Source of the DNA: Minutocellus sp. GHC0000111
Lineage: Eukaryota
Direction of reading: 5' to 3'
DNA length: 64,000 bases
Assembly (NCBI GenBank): GCA_977018835.1
Contig: OZ361259.1
Location: 4,402,001-4,466,000, forward strand
Within the stretch, counting starts at the first letter, position 1. Each line of letters begins with the position of its first letter. Shown piece by piece: positions 24,492-35,682 of the stretch. The notes beneath the pieces are model-generated. The model worked only from the letters and a program-made list of their open reading frames with translations. It had not been told where the DNA came from and did no database searches. Made by a program: the position numbers and the translations under genes.

Positions 24492-26285
24492 TTAATGGCC
24501 GCCAGGGAATTCGGGTAGACCAGCAGCGAATACTCGGCACTGGTCGGCAAAGTCTTCCTCTGCTTCGTCCTTACTTCTGGCATCGCCCTCTCCGCACAAT
24601 AACTCGTATGCGACTTCCACCATGCTGAATTCGCCCTTCGCCGAACAGGTGATGATGTCAGTGAGCAAGACGCGCTTTTGCTTCTTGGATATCTCGCCCT
24701 TGGAGGCCAGATTTCGTAGGGCGCTGATGCAGCTCTGGCGGAGGGCATCCTTGGGGACACCGTTTCGTGCACCGTCGTCCTCCTTGCTGATTTGACGAAC
24801 GATCATGGGCTGACTGTTATCATGGCCATCGTGATCATCATCATTATCATCATCGTTGTCGTCATCGTCATCAATATCGTCAGTGTTGCCATGAAATTGA
24901 AGGACCGTGCCCTCTTCTCCGTTGCCACTGTCCTCTGAGCCAATCGAATCTTGAATAATATTGTCTAGACCTCCGTTCAAAAGGTCCGAGAGGCTTCCCA
25001 TGTACACCCGCTTGACTGGGCCACCGCCAGGGCTGGGGCCACCGCCGGCACCACCGAGGAGACGGGGGACATTGCGGGGGATCCCCTCCAGTCCCATGTT
25101 TGGTGATGACTTGTCGAAGTACCCTTTGCCCGATATGCCATCGTTGGTTGGAATACCGAGAGCGTCCTCGGCTGTCATGTACTTCTCTCCATCGTCAGTC
25201 CGACCCGAGAACCTGTTGCGCCTTTTGAGCAAAGTTTCCATGGTGCCCAATCCTCCAAAGAGGGCGTCTATGGCCGCCTTGGAATCGGCATGCCACGACG
25301 CATGATGATGGACAATGTGCCACTTTTCTCCCACCTTTCTGAAGATGTTCGTGGAAGTCAACTTGGTTACCAGTTCGTTCTGGCGCTTCCGGCCTCGAAC
25401 AAAGCGGCGGGTAAAAACCTCCTCGTTGCATGTAACAATTGCCGTAGTGCCCTTGACGCTCAATCGCACGTTGCTGGGTTCCATCCGATTGTGCTGAAAG
25501 GACGTATCGGACGAGCCAAACATTAGCTTCCAGCTGTTCAGCACATCCTTGGCCCCCACCAAAGGCTCGTGCGCAGGGTGGATGCAGCACACCGAGGAGT
25601 CATGAAGCCAAAGATCAGCCATAGTATCGTAATCCTTCTCACTAAAGGCCCGATAGAAAGCCGAGTTGACGCACAGAACGGAGGCACAATCATCGAAATG
25701 CATATCACCCAGCTTCGATTTCAGGTCCGTCGCTCGATCGAAATCTCCTCGGTCGATTGCCTCGAACAGCTCGGACTCCACGGCGTGAACACTGGCGTCT
25801 GTCTCGGCCTCGACAGAATCAGGGTCGAGGGGTGAGCTGGGCCCTCCCACGACCTTTCCGAGCTCGTTCTCCGCATCAAAGGGTGCGTCGGGTCCGTTCC
25901 TAATGCTGTCAATTTCGGCCTTCAATCTGGCCACCTCGACTGCTTTCGAGAACTCCATCTTGGACAGATTGAGATCGCTCAGCTCGACGTCGGCGGGAGA
26001 CTGCCTCTTGCCGATCCCATCAGCAGCATCGCCACTGCTACCGGTACCCTCCCCATCATCGGCCTTGGCCTGGAGGCGCGAGCTGTCTGCGTGTTGCGGC
26101 CTCCGTCTTTCATGAGACGCAGTGAAACGAACAGCAGACGTATGCGGAGGTGATGAGAGCGACTTTAACGCGATTGTGCCGGGTTCACCAGCTGGTGTGA
26201 AAGCCAAGGCGCCTCCAGCGCAAAGGGCGGCAGCGGCTGAGCCCAGCGCTACGGTGGTCGGGATGATGCCTCTCCTTCTCGTCAT
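24492..26285 (-). CDS. Plastid-targeted SnoaL/NTF2-like domain protein with a UVR-like helix
   Basis: Presequence ...GGALA-FTP; EAIDRGDFDRATDLK; NSAFYRAFSEKD..M..LW..CIHP..G..V..SW; TNIFRKVGEKWHIVHHHAS. Confidence 0.8.
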   Translation of the reverse strand: MTRRRGIIPTTVALGSAAAALCAGGALAFTPAGEPGTIALKSLSSPPHTSAVRFTASHERRRPQHADSSRLQAKADDGEGTGSSGDAADGIGKRQSPADVELSDLNLSKMEFSKAVEVARLKAEIDSIRNGPDAPFDAENELGKVVGGPSSPLDPDSVEAETDASVHAVESELFEAIDRGDFDRATDLKSKLGDMHFDDCASVLCVNSAFYRAFSEKDYDTMADLWLHDSSVCCIHPAHEPLVGAKDVLNSWKLMFGSSDTSFQHNRMEPSNVRLSVKGTTAIVTCNEEVFTRRFVRGRKRQNELVTKLTSTNIFRKVGEKWHIVHHHASWHADSKAAIDALFGGLGTMETLLKRRNRFSGRTDDGEKYMTAEDALGIPTNDGISGKGYFDKSSPNMGLEGIPRNVPRLLGGAGGGPSPGGGPVKRVYMGSLSDLLNGGLDNIIQDSIGSEDSGNGEEGTVLQFHGNTDDIDDDDDNDDDNDDDHDGHDNSQPMIVRQISKEDDGARNGVPKDALRQSCISALRNLASKGEISKKQKRVLLTDIITCSAKGEFSMVEVAYELLCGEGDARSKDEAEEDFADQCRVFAAGLPEFPGGH

Positions 26286-26625
26286 CGTTGTTGCTTGCTC
26301 CTTTTTTTGTGGTGGTCGTTGCTTCTCGATCTCCCTTCTCCTTCGAGCATTTCTTGCCTTGAGTCATGAGTCGAGTAAGTCGAAAGTGGCCTTGGAGCAA
26401 GATCAGCACCTGCCTGCGGAGGAGAGCGTCACCACACCTGAAAGCTTCCTACACATTTACGGAAACTTGACTCTACTCCTCATGGTCCCTTGGGCTTCTA
26501 GCTAGATCTAGAGTACGGTGCAGTCCTGAGTACCGCATCAAATAGTAAGGTGTTGGCACTGCAGCCTATGTTACAATAACATTTGAGCAGAATGGTCTGT
26601 CTGAAACTGCCACTCAATATCATCA

Positions 26626-27060
26626 TCAGTCATAGGATTCAGTCCCCGTGCTTATGAAGCCGGTGGAGTCCTGCACAATCTTTTGTCCTGGACTGACACC
26701 AACTCCGACCCCGACCACTCCATGGGGCGGTTGATATTCCAATGCCGATCCTGCCAATGCCGGGCTGGCCGCCCGCTGAGCAGCAGCTCTTTGGGCCAGT
26801 GTGCTGTGCGCATCCATGTTGTCGTACCGCCCTCCCCGGTCGCCTCCTATCCCCCCGAGCTCTACCATATCCTTCCGGAAGTCCCCCATCATATCGTCGA
26901 TGATTTCGTCCTTGAAGCTGAACAACAACACCGAGTACGAAAAGTATAACACAGCAAGAAACATGCAAAGGCCCGCAAGGACGGAGGATATTCTCTCCAC
27001 TGCATAGGAACCAAGTGCAGCCTCATCTTTCACTCGTTCGTCTTCTATGTTATCTTCCAC
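26626..27060 (-). CDS. 3' exon of a membrane protein whose upstream exon cannot be identified
   Basis: One TM helix (VLAGLCMFLAVLYFSYSVLLF), preceded on the minus strand by a CTAAC branch-like motif and a CAG acceptor at 27061-27063. No in-frame ATG. Confidence 0.45.
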   Translation of the reverse strand: MEDNIEDERVKDEAALGSYAVERISSVLAGLCMFLAVLYFSYSVLLFSFKDEIIDDMMGDFRKDMVELGGIGGDRGGRYDNMDAHSTLAQRAAAQRAASPALAGSALEYQPPHGVVGVGVGVSPGQKIVQDSTGFISTGTESYD

Positions 27061-27141
27061 CTGGCGGTACAAAGCAATGGGGTGATGTTGATAGAGTTAG
27101 AGCATTAAGTCTGACATTCCCATTGCGATAAAGTGCGCCCA

Positions 27142-27783
27142 TCAGTAGTACGATTGCTTGCAAGTCTGCTGCAACGAATTATCAAGATATTCGTATATGT
27201 AATGAACTGGAGCCTGAGAATCATTGGCCTCGTCCATGAGGTCCAGCGTGCCGAAGAGAACAACATCGTCAATTTCACAGGCGGCTTTCATCTTTTCGAG
27301 GGCGGAGTTATACACCTTCCACATGAGCCTTCTGTTAAAGTTAATGTATCGGAAGTACTTGAATATCACCATCCTCGGATCATTGTAGTATCCGATTTCG
27401 AAATTCGGAAAGATTTCTCTGATGGCATCGACGATCAGGTCGTCGCCATCGACGACATCGCGGTACTTGTTCGCCACGAAAGTTTTACCACATCCTGGAG
27501 TGGCGTAGATGAGTTCGCCCCAGTACATGCGGGGGAGGCGGGGATAATGGCCACTTCTGTTAACCATGCTGGAATACAAGTTTAATACGTTGCTGCGGAG
27601 CTTGGTGGGGCGTTGGCGAGAAAGACGGCCTTCGAGCAAAACTGCTTGAACTTGAAGCGAGCGAAGCGTAGCACAGGCTGTCGCGTAACTAGTAACCCTA
27701 TCGATTAAATTCGGGGTCAATCGCTGGTCGCCGCAAGGGTGCGTCAAACCGCCGATGCCATCACTCATGAAAGGTACGCTCAA
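27142..27783 (-). CDS. Small P-loop NTPase/kinase-like protein, possibly truncated
   Basis: LIYATPGCGKTFVANKY..VVDGDDLI (Walker A followed by a D.D motif, nucleotide-kinase-like), later VVLFGT. Confidence 0.55.
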   Translation of the reverse strand: MSVPFMSDGIGGLTHPCGDQRLTPNLIDRVTSYATACATLRSLQVQAVLLEGRLSRQRPTKLRSNVLNLYSSMVNRSGHYPRLPRMYWGELIYATPGCGKTFVANKYRDVVDGDDLIVDAIREIFPNFEIGYYNDPRMVIFKYFRYINFNRRLMWKVYNSALEKMKAACEIDDVVLFGTLDLMDEANDSQAPVHYIYEYLDNSLQQTCKQSYY

Positions 27784-27872
27784 AGTTCTTCTTCGGTGCC
27801 ATCATCATACAGCATCCATCAAAGAAGTCAGAGTCAGTCATTCAATCCCTAACCATTAAGTTACCTTCCGCC

Positions 27873-30244
27873 ATGCAGACGTCCCGCCTAGCTCAGAGGA
27901 GCAGCACGATACTCGCAGCGACGGCTGGTCGGTGTCAACCCCTTCGCCGAACGATCGTGTCCTCGGCATCACGGAGGCAGTGTGGAGTTGTGTCCGCCAG
28001 CATCCAACGCACATCCGATGAAAGTACTGCACTTGCGGCATCAGCAAGAGCGGGCCAGTGCATCTCTCCCGGTGCTTTCACTTATCCCTCGTCTGCCCAA
28101 TATCACTCCCTGGCATCGCCTACCCTTGTTGGTGGCACAAGCGCATCAGCAAAATGGCCCACAAATCTTGCCGGCAAAGATATGCGCACCGCCAACTCAC
28201 TGCCTACTGTTCGGTTCTTTTCCGACGATGGAGCTGAGGAAGAGGATCCATTGACAGCTCCCCGAGAGGCCATGCCATTCGACGTCCTCATCGTTGGGGG
28301 TGGCCCTGCTGGTCTCGCTGCCTCCATCCGAGTCAAGCAACTTTGTGCGGAGAAGGGGAACGACCTGAGTGTTTGCGTTGTTGAGAAGGGAAGGTGAGAT
28401 GATCGCTTACTTATATTGCATAGATTTGCCTTGTTTTTTGTCGCTATTCTCTTGAGGTTTGGTCGTTTTCGTTTACTACCACGCTCGCTCGTTCTCATCT
28501 GACCTACTCATTCCTTTCCATTCCCACGCAAAACAGCGAAATTGGAGCCCATATCCTCTCGGGAAATGTGTTTGATCCCAAAGCGCTGAAAGAGCTACTT
28601 CCAGATGTTGGAGACGACTGGACCAAAGCGCTCCAGGATGCACAATCTTCCCATGCTACGCCAGTAAAGGAAGACAAATTTCTCGTGCTGACTGAAGATT
28701 CGAGCTATTCCATTCCGAACTTCCTCCTTCCATCGCAGCTGCACAATGATGGCAACTATGTCATCAGTTTGGGGCAGCTATGTCGGTGGTTGGGAGGAAT
28801 TGCCGAAGAGATGGGCGTCGAGGTGTATCCTGGATTTGCCGCTAGTGAGGTTGTATTTGATGAGGATAAGAAGGCCGTCCGTGGCATCGCTACCAGAGAT
28901 GTCGGTATTGGCAAGGTGAGTGTTGCACAATGGTCTCTACTCTCTTTACTATGAATTAACATTTTGAATGATTACCTCAGGGTACTTATTTCTCAACCGA
29001 TCCACTCCAATATTTTTTGCATATAGGATGGCAAGCCCAAGTCAACTTTTGAGAGAGGAGTTGAACTTCATGCTCGCCAGACACTGTTTGCGGAGGGAGC
29101 CAGAGGCTCTTGTTCGGAGGCTCTTATCAAACATTTCAATTTGCGTGCCAACAGCTCGGAGCAAACGTATGGCTTGGGCATCAAGGAAGTGTGGGAGATT
29201 CCGCAAGAAAACTTCAAGCCAGGCTTTGTGCAGCATACGCTCGGTTATCCGTTGCAGTCTGGGCTAATGGATAAAACTTTCGGCGGTACGTTTTTGTATC
29301 ATCAAGAGCCAAATCTTGTCCTCGCGGGTTTGGTCATCGGATTGGATTATGCGAATCCTTACATCAATCCATACCAAGAGTTTCAGAGGTGGAAGACACA
29401 TCCCGAAATTAAGAAGCACTTTGAGGGTGGAACCTGCATATCCTACGGAGCACGCGTTTTGAACGAAGGAGGGCTACATTCCCTGCCGAAGCTGACATTT
29501 CCTGGTGGCGCCTTGTTGGGATGTAGCGCTGGATTTCTCAACTCTGTCAAAATCAAGGGGTCGCACACGGCTTTGAAGAGCGGCATGGTTGCTGCTGAGG
29601 CCGTATTTGATGCCTTGACGGAAGAAGGTGTTGAGCCCGTGGCAGAAACATTCGAAGTCAATCCAGAGGAGGAGATTAAGGAGGTAACTGCTTTCGAAGA
29701 TGGAATGAAGGATTCCTGGGTGCACGACGAGTTGTATGAAGTTAGGAATTGCCACGAGGCCTTCAAGTGGGGTCTACTCCCTGGCCTGGCGTACACTGGA
29801 ATTGCCGCGCATGTATCGAAGGGTCGCGAACCTTGGACGCTTTCTCATAGTGGTCGAGATGCCGACAGCACGGAAGAGTCCAAGAATCATCAACCGATAT
29901 CGTATCCATCGCCCGACGGTGTCCTCACGTTTGATCTGTTGACCAATTTGCAAAGAAGTGGAACGTACCACGATGACGATCAACCCGCTCATTTGCGTAT
30001 CAAGCCAGATCTGATGAAGGTTCCTGAGAGCATTTCGATGCAGATTTATGCTGCTCCCGAACAGAGATTCTGCCCGGCAGGAGTGTATGAATACGTCGAC
30101 GATGATGCAGGCGGCGACAAGAAGCTTGTTATCAATGCCCAGAATTGCGTCCATTGCAAGTGCTGCAGTATCAAGATGCCAAGTGAATACATTGATTGGA
30201 CTGTCCCCGAAGGTGGTGGAGGCCCTTCGTATCAGGTAATGTAG
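27873..30244 (+). CDS. ETFDH: Mitochondrial ETF-ubiquinone oxidoreductase (introns 28394-28536 and 28916-29026)
   Basis: Mitochondrial-type presequence, FDVLIVGGGPAGL, GVEVYPGFAASEV, YGLGIKEVWE, KIKGSHTALKSG, RFCPAGVYE and NCVHCKCCSIK (4Fe-4S). Confidence 0.95.
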
Positions 30245-30738
30245 GCGCCGGAGTGATTCGATTCATTCATTCGATTTAGAAGTAAGCACATAGTAAGGAC
30301 TCTTTACTTTTATTGGTCAGTATTAGAGGCAGGGAGAATAATTAATTGAAGAAGAGCTTAATGGGTGTCCATTCTACGGCAACGTTTGTGTGAAGTCTGA
30401 AGTCAAGTCTTCAAGTCAGGTAGATCTTTGCTGTAATCATCAGCTTCCAATCTCTCTGCAAGCTTGCTTCTCGCCAATCGACCGCAACATATTGAAAATT
30501 CACTGCAAGATCAAGTTTGCTATGCCACCAGCGAAGTCTGCTTCGTTTGTTCAACTGTCATAGGCAAGGGCCAAAAGGACAAACCATGGTGCCATCGCAT
30601 TATTGTACCTGACCTCAATCGACTACGTAGTAGGCAGGGCGCATAACAATCGGATATAAAAATCAATTATCTGCGTTCCGCGGGCTTCCTTGGAGATACT
30701 GTGGCTCTCTAGCTAGGAACAATAAACCATTTCGTCAT

Positions 30739-31107
30739 TCAATCGCCACTTCTGTCGGTACCCGTGGCGGTCGCCTTGGATGGTGCCTCGGCCACCGGCA
30801 CGACATCATCATGATCATCATCATCTCCTTTCCGATCCCCCCGATTGTCATCACCATCATTACCACCACCACCCAGCGCCTCTCTCCAGACCGATGCCAC
30901 CTCTTCCACCTCGCGGCACGAATCAGCTGTCCGTGCCAACTGTTCGTTCAATGTTCCCATCTTCCCCACCACCTCTGCCAGTGATTCCGCCACGCTGTTC
31001 AAGAGAATCCGCCGCTCCTCTTCGTAGGGGCTGGCTGGGGCTACCGGTGACGGAAGCGGCAGCTCGCTTGCGCCATTATCAGCCGACGCGTCGTTACCGG
31101 AAGACAT
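30739..31107 (-). CDS. DASH/Dam1 kinetochore complex small subunit (Dad1-like)
   Basis: YEEERRILLNSVAESLAEVVGKMGTLNEQL...EVEEVASVW resembles the recalled Dad1/Dad4 pattern (F/YE..R..L...I...L..V...I..LN..L......E...V...W). Confidence 0.6.
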   Translation of the reverse strand: MSSGNDASADNGASELPLPSPVAPASPYEEERRILLNSVAESLAEVVGKMGTLNEQLARTADSCREVEEVASVWREALGGGGNDGDDNRGDRKGDDDDHDDVVPVAEAPSKATATGTDRSGD

Positions 31108-31158
31108 TGAGTGGGGATTTGAGTGGAAGATGGACTATGCTGCGAGCGTGGTTGATGG

Positions 31159-32605
31159 TTGCTGGCAGTTGCAACACACCTCATTCACCAGGTCTCGGAA
31201 CCCGGAAGTTCCGACTGGCACATTCATCAAACCAAACCGCCACAAACCACTGCCGCCAATAATTTGATTGCAGCCAAAGTATCTGTGCCAATAGCCTCGT
31301 ACGCCAGCCAGTTCACGCAGATCAAGATCAGCCCCAGTCATCACTACGACGTTTCCTCAACCCAAGCACCAAGCATGCTTCCGAATGGTGATGGTAGCGA
31401 TGGGGGAAAGCGGCACAGCATTGGCACAAGTAGACGGGCAAATCCTTCTCTCGGTGATTGCCAAAATGGGCTTGAAAATCTTCGAAATGGATTTGATCTC
31501 TTGGATATTGGGGGAAAGAATGCTAGTACACCTGGTTGGAAAGCTGTTGATCAGGGAAAGACATCCCGCGCCACAAACACTGATTCCACACCAACTTGTG
31601 CCAACAATGTGATCGACGGCCGCGACGACACTCAGCAGATCTTTCGAAAACGAGAACACACATGTGCATCATCGAAAGAAGGCTCGGAACAGATCCCCTT
31701 CATGGCACCATCTTCGTCAAAACAAATCAAGAGAGATTATTCTGACGGCATGCATTGTAATTTTGCATCCCCAGCGTCTTGCCAAGCAACTGTCGTAACA
31801 ACCCCCCTTTCGGCAGCGAGCAACTCTCCTGCTTTGGAAGTTCAGGTGCTTTACGATGATCACCGTGTTGCCTTACCTGTCATCTCGCCGTCCGTCCAAC
31901 AATGCAATCGATGGTACTCGCAACAATCGTATTGATAACTCCACCTTTCGTCGGGCGTGCATAGCAGCAATCAAATCGCCGGCACATGCTTGTGTCGCAG
32001 ATAGGACCTTTCCTATTCTCAGTACGAGGAATCGATCAACATGCAACGTTGATGGAGGAGGCGCTGATGAAACCACAACGAGCATCCCATTGTCAAGTGG
32101 AACTAAGGAAAAGGGAGGACATCGAGTTAGATTCTCGCCATCTCTTTTGAAGTCCGAAGTAGAAATTCCTGCAACGAATACTCAGAGTTCTAAAAAGAAA
32201 CCAATTCCAGATAGTTCGTTTGCACGGAAGCTTCTCAGGAAGTATCGGGCGGAGGCTCGGGCATCATCCTCTCCATCTCAGCTACGGTCGTTGTCAAATG
32301 CTGATCGGGAGACAATAGTATCGAACCATCGTGGTGAGGGCAGTGTGTCCATATCAAACGGACCATCTGCTAATGATGGCTCGTCGAGCCCATCGCCCCC
32401 ATGCAGCCGGCATAGCACCATTGCTCGTTCTGTTTACGCTGTATCGAAGCTTGAACATGCGAAGGAACTTGAAGTTGATTTTTCCAAAAGAGATGACACT
32501 AACGGCATCATGAAGAAGGACCAACCCACTATGCATAATATCGACTGTTATTCGTCCCCTCTACCGAGTCGCCGAATCGATTTGTCGTCGCAAAAGAGCT
32601 GCTGA
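31159..32605 (+). CDS. Hypothetical disordered protein in two overlapping ORFs (frame break near 31890)
   Basis: Consecutive Ser/Thr-rich ORFs of 258 aa and 249 aa; no domain recognised. Confidence 0.4.
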
Positions 32606-32833
32606 TTCCTTGCTCTTTTTCATCTCTTGTTTCGATTCTTTTGCTGCGGCAGAAATATGCAGAGTAGATTTCATTTCTTCAATGTACCACATAATTTATT
32701 ATAATTATAAATTCTTTTATGTAAGAGTTCTACAGGCCAAACAAATATCTATCTGGATTCAGTGGGCAGCAGGTACTTCACCATCAATCAGCCACATATC
32801 AGAAACTGTAGCCCATCTGCCCTCTTTGTCTCT

Positions 32834-33493
32834 CTATATGTAAAAACTATCATTGGTGTAGGTTGCGCTCTGTCCAGAGGCAGCAAGGAGAGAAGAACCA
32901 ACACTAATGACTGCAAGGATTCCAATCCAGAACTATCCGAAGGGAAGAATGGGGTGTGAAAAATAAATTGTGTTAGTAACGATCGCAGCGAATGCAAAGA
33001 ATTTTAGCATCATGTGAGACACCTATTTTATTTTCCATCAATCCAAATCGGCACATTGTCTAGAAGATATGCGGCAACCAATACTCACCCGCCAATCTCC
33101 CTGGAGTGACCGAATCGGTGGCGGCTTGAAGGAAGGTGCCTGCACCTTCACCTTTGCTACTTGCTCCGCTGCCTTGTTGACTGCCTTGATTGTGGCCCTC
33201 TCGGCGTCGCTCTTGTAAAAGTCCTTCCCCGGCCTCTCCTTCTTGTCCGCTTCTTTCACAATCTTGGCCCATTCTCCATCCCAATCAATATCTCCGCTGT
33301 ACTCTTCATCTCCAACCTCGAACTCAGGCCGTCCAGCTTTCTCGTTGAGTTGCGTGGTGTGAGCCGGGGTGCGGCGGCGAATGGACGCAGCAGTGGGTCT
33401 CACAAAATTATTATGCGCTGGTTGGAAACTCGACACCGCGACAGCCAGGAGAAGACCAGAGAGCACAAAGAATGACTTCGTGGAGATGCACAT
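32834..33493 (-). CDS. Small plastid-targeted protein with a C-terminal TM helix (one intron, ~32933-33088)
   Basis: Presequence ...LLLAVAVSS-FQP; DIDWDGEW; exon 2 reads FWIGILAVISVG...NDSFYI*. Confidence 0.7.
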
Positions 33494-34108
33494 GTTGGTG
33501 TTGATGATGGGCTGTTCGTGGCCGCTGGGCGATGGGATGAGCGCATACCTAGGTACACCACAGAGGAGTGACGGCGAATTCTGGAATTCACAGAACGGCG
33601 ACGAAGGCAAGCGAAGGACGACGACAGCGGTTTAGCGGGGAAAAACAGGGGAGATTTCTGGGGGGACAAAAGTGCGATGAATTGAGTCTCCGAAACATGC
33701 AGAGCTCTTTCGCACAACCGACACACATGGAGCTCACACATACCGGCACCACGTAGATCTAGCAATACAAATTCATCCTCTACATACAAATATTATTCCT
33801 ACAAAAGGTCGTCACCTCGTCACCAACATTGAAAAACTGATTCTCCTCCGATCGTTTGTTTGAAAGAACGAAGAAACATCCCCAGCCACACGCTTACTCG
33901 GTGCAGCAAAATTAACCCTGATTGCCATATTCATACCGATACGCGGGCCGGGGGCATTGGCATAATTTCTCCTTGTCTTGTCTCCTGTGTCTTCTCCTTC
34001 TCCGTTATCGTAGAGTTCAAAACGAACAAACCAAAGTGTCCACAAAATTTACATATTCTTCGTCGATCTCATGCCGTCTCGTTCAATACACGTATGTGCC
34101 TACCGCCG

Positions 34109-35031
34109 TCATACCACCTCAATCTTATCGGCGTTCACATAAGCACCAGTCTCCTCGCTATCATTCGATTTACGCCTGCAGCATTTTCGGCACCCAACCA
34201 AGACGTTGAGGACGAAAAGAAGAGCGACGACCCCAATGGAAGCCCACATAAAGATGAGAACTGTGTGGTGGTGGAACTGACCTCGGACGTGTCCAGAGGA
34301 TGGCATGAAATACTCCAAAACGATACCAGCCGCCGCGTACAAAAGGACGGGTGGAACGATGCCGAGAGGCTTGTTGGCCCAAAACAGGTGATACAGCGAC
34401 AGGATGATCATGATGGCGATGCTGACGCCGCCCCCGATCATTTTGCACGGGATTGCTAAAGTTGACAAAAACGAAGGCATTCTGCAGGGTGAGCAGGGAC
34501 ACAAAGTACATCCAACCCAGATGCAGCTGGAAGGGAAATCGCAGAAGCCAATACTCGGCCCAGGAGTTATCTGCCTGGGCCTCATTCTGTGATTTGACGA
34601 GGGATCGGAGCGATGCCACAACGCCAAAGGCGAAGGGGACGGCGGCCACCAACATCTCCGTGTTGTACGTCAGGGTGTACAGCACCTGCATGAACGATGC
34701 CAGTCCGTAGTAATATTTAACCCCATCCTGTACCTGCGGCCGGGCGCGGAGGACGGGAGTCACCTGGAAGATGGTGAAGATGCCCTGCGTCGCGAAGATG
34801 ACGGGGTATATGGCTGTAATGAAGTACGGGGAGGGGGAGATGATGGTGGGGAAGCGCGGCCGACTGGACGGCGTAGGTTGGCAGACCGAACATCCCGCAA
34901 AGGCCGATGCCCACGTTGAAGAGGGTGGAAAGGAAGCAGTACCCGATGTTCAACAGGTTCATTGCGTTAAGGCGGGGCCGCCGAGATGATCGGCGGCTTC
35001 CGCTTCTCGGCGATTTGCCTTCTTCACCCAT
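34109..35031 (-). pseudogene. Multi-pass membrane protein gene broken by two or three frameshifts (pseudogene or assembly errors)
   Basis: Hydrophobic segments are spread across different frames: NAMNLLNIG, ISPSPYFITAIYPVIFATQG, EYWLLRFPFQLHLGW, GVSIAIMIILSL. Confidence 0.55.
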
Positions 35032-35682
35032 GACGCGTGACTGCTCTTCGCTGGCCCACGGATGACGTCTGATATGATGTGTCTGTAGCTGTTGGCGACC
35101 TACAGTCTATACCTGTTGGTATCTCTCGACGAAGTAGGGTGCAGTCGTGTTCGTGCTCGTTTTCGTTCTCTACTTTTGGTTGCTTATCGCTGGGACGAAC
35201 GCTGTTATGCACCTATTCTTCGGCGCATCAACATGCCGCATGCACTCTTGCGGATTGATCTTGTCGGCGGGAGTTCATCGGTTGAGTTTGCGAAAGTGAG
35301 AAAGCAGACGTGTCGATCATGGATTGGCAGGGCCGGCGCGCGAAGCAGTTGCCGGCAGGCTCGCTCGTCGGCGAAGTCGGTGAAGCTGACCGAAAGAAAG
35401 CATGTGCATCGCCAAAACTTCCGCCGCCTCATGAAATACTACATGTTGCAATGTAGTAATGGTTAGCAAGTTGTGGCCTAGCTAGGTAGCTTGTAAAGCC
35501 GTAACCAATTAGCAGGGCGGACAACCAATCCGTATTCTTTTTGCGGCTTTGCCGTTTTCTGTGGGAGTCGAATAAGATCAACGTGGATCAAAGAGGCGGC
35601 ACATCTACTTTGCTGCCTCGCCTCCTTGCTCTTACTTGCGCTGGGGCTGGCTGGTTGGTCGTGAAGCAACAGCGGCCAAAGG

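Noticed and set aside
35155..35185. ~20-bp similarity (ACCAAAAGT.GA.AA.GAAAA) between the minus strand here and 51426-51447
   Set aside because: Short, A-rich and with three mismatches; not distinguishable from chance.
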